From a virus (Duplodnaviria; Caudoviricetes), in the IMG/VR virus record IMGVR_UViG_3300028571_000031, positions 1-58,009 of that record: a DNA stretch of 58,009 nucleotides, one strand, 5' to 3'. Below the pieces are notes generated by a model. The model ran no database searches and was not told the origin of the DNA. It saw only the letters and a program-made list of their open reading frames with translations. Shown here in pieces: positions 55,285-58,009 of this stretch. The translations under genes were made by a program, and so were the position numbers. The number at the start of each line of letters is the position of its first letter. Positions within the stretch are counted from its first letter, which is position 1.

Positions 55285-55968
55285 ATGACAACAATCACCG
55301 CCTCCCTCACTGCCATCGCCCGACAGTACAATGCTCGTGCTCTTGGCGGTTTGGCACTAGGTGATTGGCATTTCATGGTTGGTACTCACGGCTTCGACAC
55401 ACTTGACCCCACAATCGCACTGCCAGTGGTGCAGACAGACACGGCACTCACTGCAGCTGTTGGTGGTGTGAGACGGATGGGTAGACTTCTCCTGTCAGGC
55501 GCTGCTGCGTCTGCGGTGCTCCTAGCTCCGGGTATCGTGCAGGTGAATGGTCTGCTTGCCGTCCCGAACACGACAGCAAGGCGTTGGCTGAATGTTGGTG
55601 GCTCTGTTGACACAGGTCTGAATGGCACTTGGTTCATTCGCGAGTGGGTCTCGGCAACGAGCGTCATCATCGAAGCACCATTAGCCACAGCTGCAACATC
55701 TGCTGGACCACTCACGTGGGAGTTCCGCGAAGCTTGCATACTGAGACCCAACAGCAGGGCAGCAAGCTTCCAGTGCGTGATACCAGCCCCAGACGCAACA
55801 TCAGACGGTCTTGAACTAGGCGAGGTCGGTATCTTCTGTCGAGTGATCAAAGACCCACAATCAACAGGCGCTTTGGGGAATGCTATCCTCTTCGCGATTG
55901 CACATCACCCTGCGATTGCGAAGGATGCCTTTACGAAGGTCATTCACCATGTCGTAGCACAATCTTGA
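55285..55968 (+). CDS. putative tail or baseplate-associated protein
   Basis: FMVGTHG, LGEVGIF and LFAIAH pattern resembling tail-fibre attachment domains. Confidence 0.55.
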   Translation: MTTITASLTAIARQYNARALGGLALGDWHFMVGTHGFDTLDPTIALPVVQTDTALTAAVGGVRRMGRLLLSGAAASAVLLAPGIVQVNGLLAVPNTTARRWLNVGGSVDTGLNGTWFIREWVSATSVIIEAPLATAATSAGPLTWEFREACILRPNSRAASFQCVIPAPDATSDGLELGEVGIFCRVIKDPQSTGALGNAILFAIAHHPAIAKDAFTKVIHHVVAQS

Positions 55969-55995
55969 CTGTTGCCTGCAAGAGAGAAGTGAAGC

Positions 55996-56706
55996 ATGTC
56001 TAACTGGTACGTCCTATACGTTCGCCCCCTCACTGAGGATGGCAAGCCACAGAAGATCAGCTTCCCACTTGTGGGAACTCGTATTGCCCACTTCCTTGCT
56101 CAGTCAGACGACCAAGAGAAGAACGACAAGGACATGAAGAATCCTCTCTGGAAGATCATCCAAGATGAGGCTCGTCCAGCTTGGGCTCCCGACCTGTACC
56201 GTTTGGGCTATGCTGTTGTTTTCAAGCGCGAAGGTCTGCCGAAGATTGCAGTCAGCCTCGGCATCAGGAATCCAGCCAACCTGAAGAAGGAAGGCAAAAC
56301 GGCCAATAGCAGTGAGAAGCGGACGCTGACGTTTGACGATGCTTGGGTCGTTGGGGTGAACCCGACGTACATGCCGATGGGCATGCCGTCGACTGAAATG
56401 CGTCCAGAGGAGTGGTGGTTGGCCACCAGCCAAGTGTCAGGCATTGCTAGCCCCTATATCACTCCGGGTGGTGCTGAGGTCGTGGTGGGCGCACAGCGCT
56501 TGTCAGACGTCGTTGCATCTATGCTACACACAGCTGAAGGCTACCCACGCACCGTCCCCGGTCTGCAGGATCAAGGTCCCGAAGCTCTGTCCGAGTTCGT
56601 GAATCCGAGACTCCCAATCCTGCCTGTGGTACGAGATGAACCAGACCAGCCCAGCAATGGTGGTCAGGTCGACAACTACGCCACTACCCCACTCTTCCGT
56701 TACTGA
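55996..56706 (+). CDS. hypothetical protein
   Basis: 236-aa ORF in a co-directional run. Confidence 0.65.
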   Translation: MSNWYVLYVRPLTEDGKPQKISFPLVGTRIAHFLAQSDDQEKNDKDMKNPLWKIIQDEARPAWAPDLYRLGYAVVFKREGLPKIAVSLGIRNPANLKKEGKTANSSEKRTLTFDDAWVVGVNPTYMPMGMPSTEMRPEEWWLATSQVSGIASPYITPGGAEVVVGAQRLSDVVASMLHTAEGYPRTVPGLQDQGPEALSEFVNPRLPILPVVRDEPDQPSNGGQVDNYATTPLFRY

Positions 56707-56714
56707 GGTACGAG

Positions 56715-57596
56715 ATGAATCATCAGACCAGAGCAAAAGTTCTTCGAGCAGCTGCACAGAAAGTCATCACAGCTGCTGAGGAAGCTGGCGAAAAACCTCC
56801 AGTGCTTGTTGAGTCCATCCGCAGTGACATCACGACCGTGAGTAGCTCGCTGCACACGATCATGTCCGCTGAACTGCAGATGAGCGCTGCCACCGAAAGC
56901 CTCGCCACAGCCCTCGCTTCTCTTGCTGAGAAGATGGCCAGTGACGAGCTATCGGCTGATGACAAGGAAAAGATCAGTGGTTTGATCGAGCCTCTGCTGT
57001 CTCAAGACCCTACACTTGATGGTGTAGACGCTGTGGTTGCTGAATACAACACGGCGTACCCTCTTCCGACTGAAGATGCACTACCAGCGCCCATCGTCGA
57101 AGCAGCTGCGAAGAAGAAGCCAAAGGCAAAGGCAAAGAAGCCTGCTGATGAGGCAAAGGCTCATGACTCCCCTTCAACGGGTAACCTTGTCACGTTGACG
57201 GGTGAGAAGCGCAAGGCCGCTGACGCACACGTCGAGGAAAACTTGGGCAAGAAGGCTGGCCAGTTCACGATTGGTGAAGCGGTCAGCATCGATGGTATTC
57301 GCTGGCTGGTTCACTCCAGCCGTAAGGCCAACCATCGTGGTGGCTGGCACTACGACCTCTACGAGCCCTCTCACGGTCAGATGCTCAAGGACTCGGACCC
57401 AGACGCGTGGACGTCCGTCTCCAGCACCTTCGTGTCAGGTAGCATCCAGCGCCCCAACGGCAACTCGAAGGAGTTCACCGGCAATCTCATGTCACGTATT
57501 GGCAGGTCTGCATTGTTCCTCGGTCTGGACAACAAGCACTACGTCATTCGCAGTTCCACAATGGTACTGAAGGACAAGGCTGGTCGTACCGTATGA
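56715..57596 (+). CDS. hypothetical tagged protein
   Basis: GAGGT RBS; VLRAAAQKVITAA N-terminus. Confidence 0.7.
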   Translation: MNHQTRAKVLRAAAQKVITAAEEAGEKPPVLVESIRSDITTVSSSLHTIMSAELQMSAATESLATALASLAEKMASDELSADDKEKISGLIEPLLSQDPTLDGVDAVVAEYNTAYPLPTEDALPAPIVEAAAKKKPKAKAKKPADEAKAHDSPSTGNLVTLTGEKRKAADAHVEENLGKKAGQFTIGEAVSIDGIRWLVHSSRKANHRGGWHYDLYEPSHGQMLKDSDPDAWTSVSSTFVSGSIQRPNGNSKEFTGNLMSRIGRSALFLGLDNKHYVIRSSTMVLKDKAGRTV

Positions 57597-57889
57597 CGAT
57601 TAAGGAAGTGGCAGCCGCCATTGTTGCCATGGAACCCGTGGACCTGAAGGACCTTTTCGCTGAGCTTCACAGGAGCTTCTTCGAAAAGGCCGAGAAGATT
57701 TACGACTCCAACCCGGAGGAAAATGGGTTGCTTGCGCAGTCCTACTCTGACCTCTCCAGTGCATGTCAGGATGCCACTACATCTTTCGATGAAGTGGATA
57801 ACGGACTTCCGTTCGAGGAAGTTGTAGATGCACCCGGTCCAACAACTGTGAGTGCTTTCGTATCAGGAAACCCTTGGCGTGGTCGATGA
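57593..57889 (+). CDS. hypothetical protein
   Basis: ATGA overlap with the upstream gene. Confidence 0.6.
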   Translation: MTIKEVAAAIVAMEPVDLKDLFAELHRSFFEKAEKIYDSNPEENGLLAQSYSDLSSACQDATTSFDEVDNGLPFEEVVDAPGPTTVSAFVSGNPWRGR

Positions 57890-57910
57890 CTGTATGCTAC
57901 TTACGGTAGC

Positions 57911-58009
57911 ATGGCACACGGTCTAAAACCATCCTTCAAGGGTTCTGAAATCAACGGGGCGACTGCATTCGCAGATGTTGATTCACTCATCTTCGACGTC
58001 TCATATATC
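57911..58009 (+). CDS. partial hypothetical protein
   Basis: Frame is open from the ATG at 57911 to the window end. Confidence 0.45.
   Translation, partial: MAHGLKPSFKGSEINGATAFADVDSLIFDVSYI

Noticed and set aside
1-58009. Stop-codon reassignment (alternative genetic code)
   Set aside because: Conserved genes are intact in the standard code, all three stops end genes, and no suppressor tRNA is present

Overview
Gene-dense segment of a large (probably jumbo) tailed dsDNA bacteriophage genome read with the standard code; the host cannot be determined from this window. It carries replication and recombination genes (SSB, RecA/UvsX, primase, UvrD-like helicase, Cas4-like nuclease, SbcC-like ATPase, HU), nucleotide metabolism genes (thyX, nrdA, nrdB), a sigma70-family factor, a head module (terminase, portal, prohead protease, scaffold, decoration protein, major capsid protein), an amidase and an HNH fusion. 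The strongest candidate for a new system is at 6626-8090. A promoter and a 31-codon Ser/Leu-rich leader ORF with mutually exclusive antiterminator and terminator structures precede an array containing only Leu, Ser and Tyr tRNAs plus a Cys-anticodon RNA. Every anticodon in the array has a cognate codon in the leader, which suggests a ribosome-stalling attenuator that switches on replacement tRNAs when those host tRNAs are depleted. Other candidates: a PTH2-like gene that seems to need recoding, followed by a tRNA with a 9-nt anticodon loop, and a family of polyvalent effector proteins sharing an LxxAAxxLxA tag that may be capsid-packaged and protease-processed. All protein calls come from motif recognition by eye; no database search was run.
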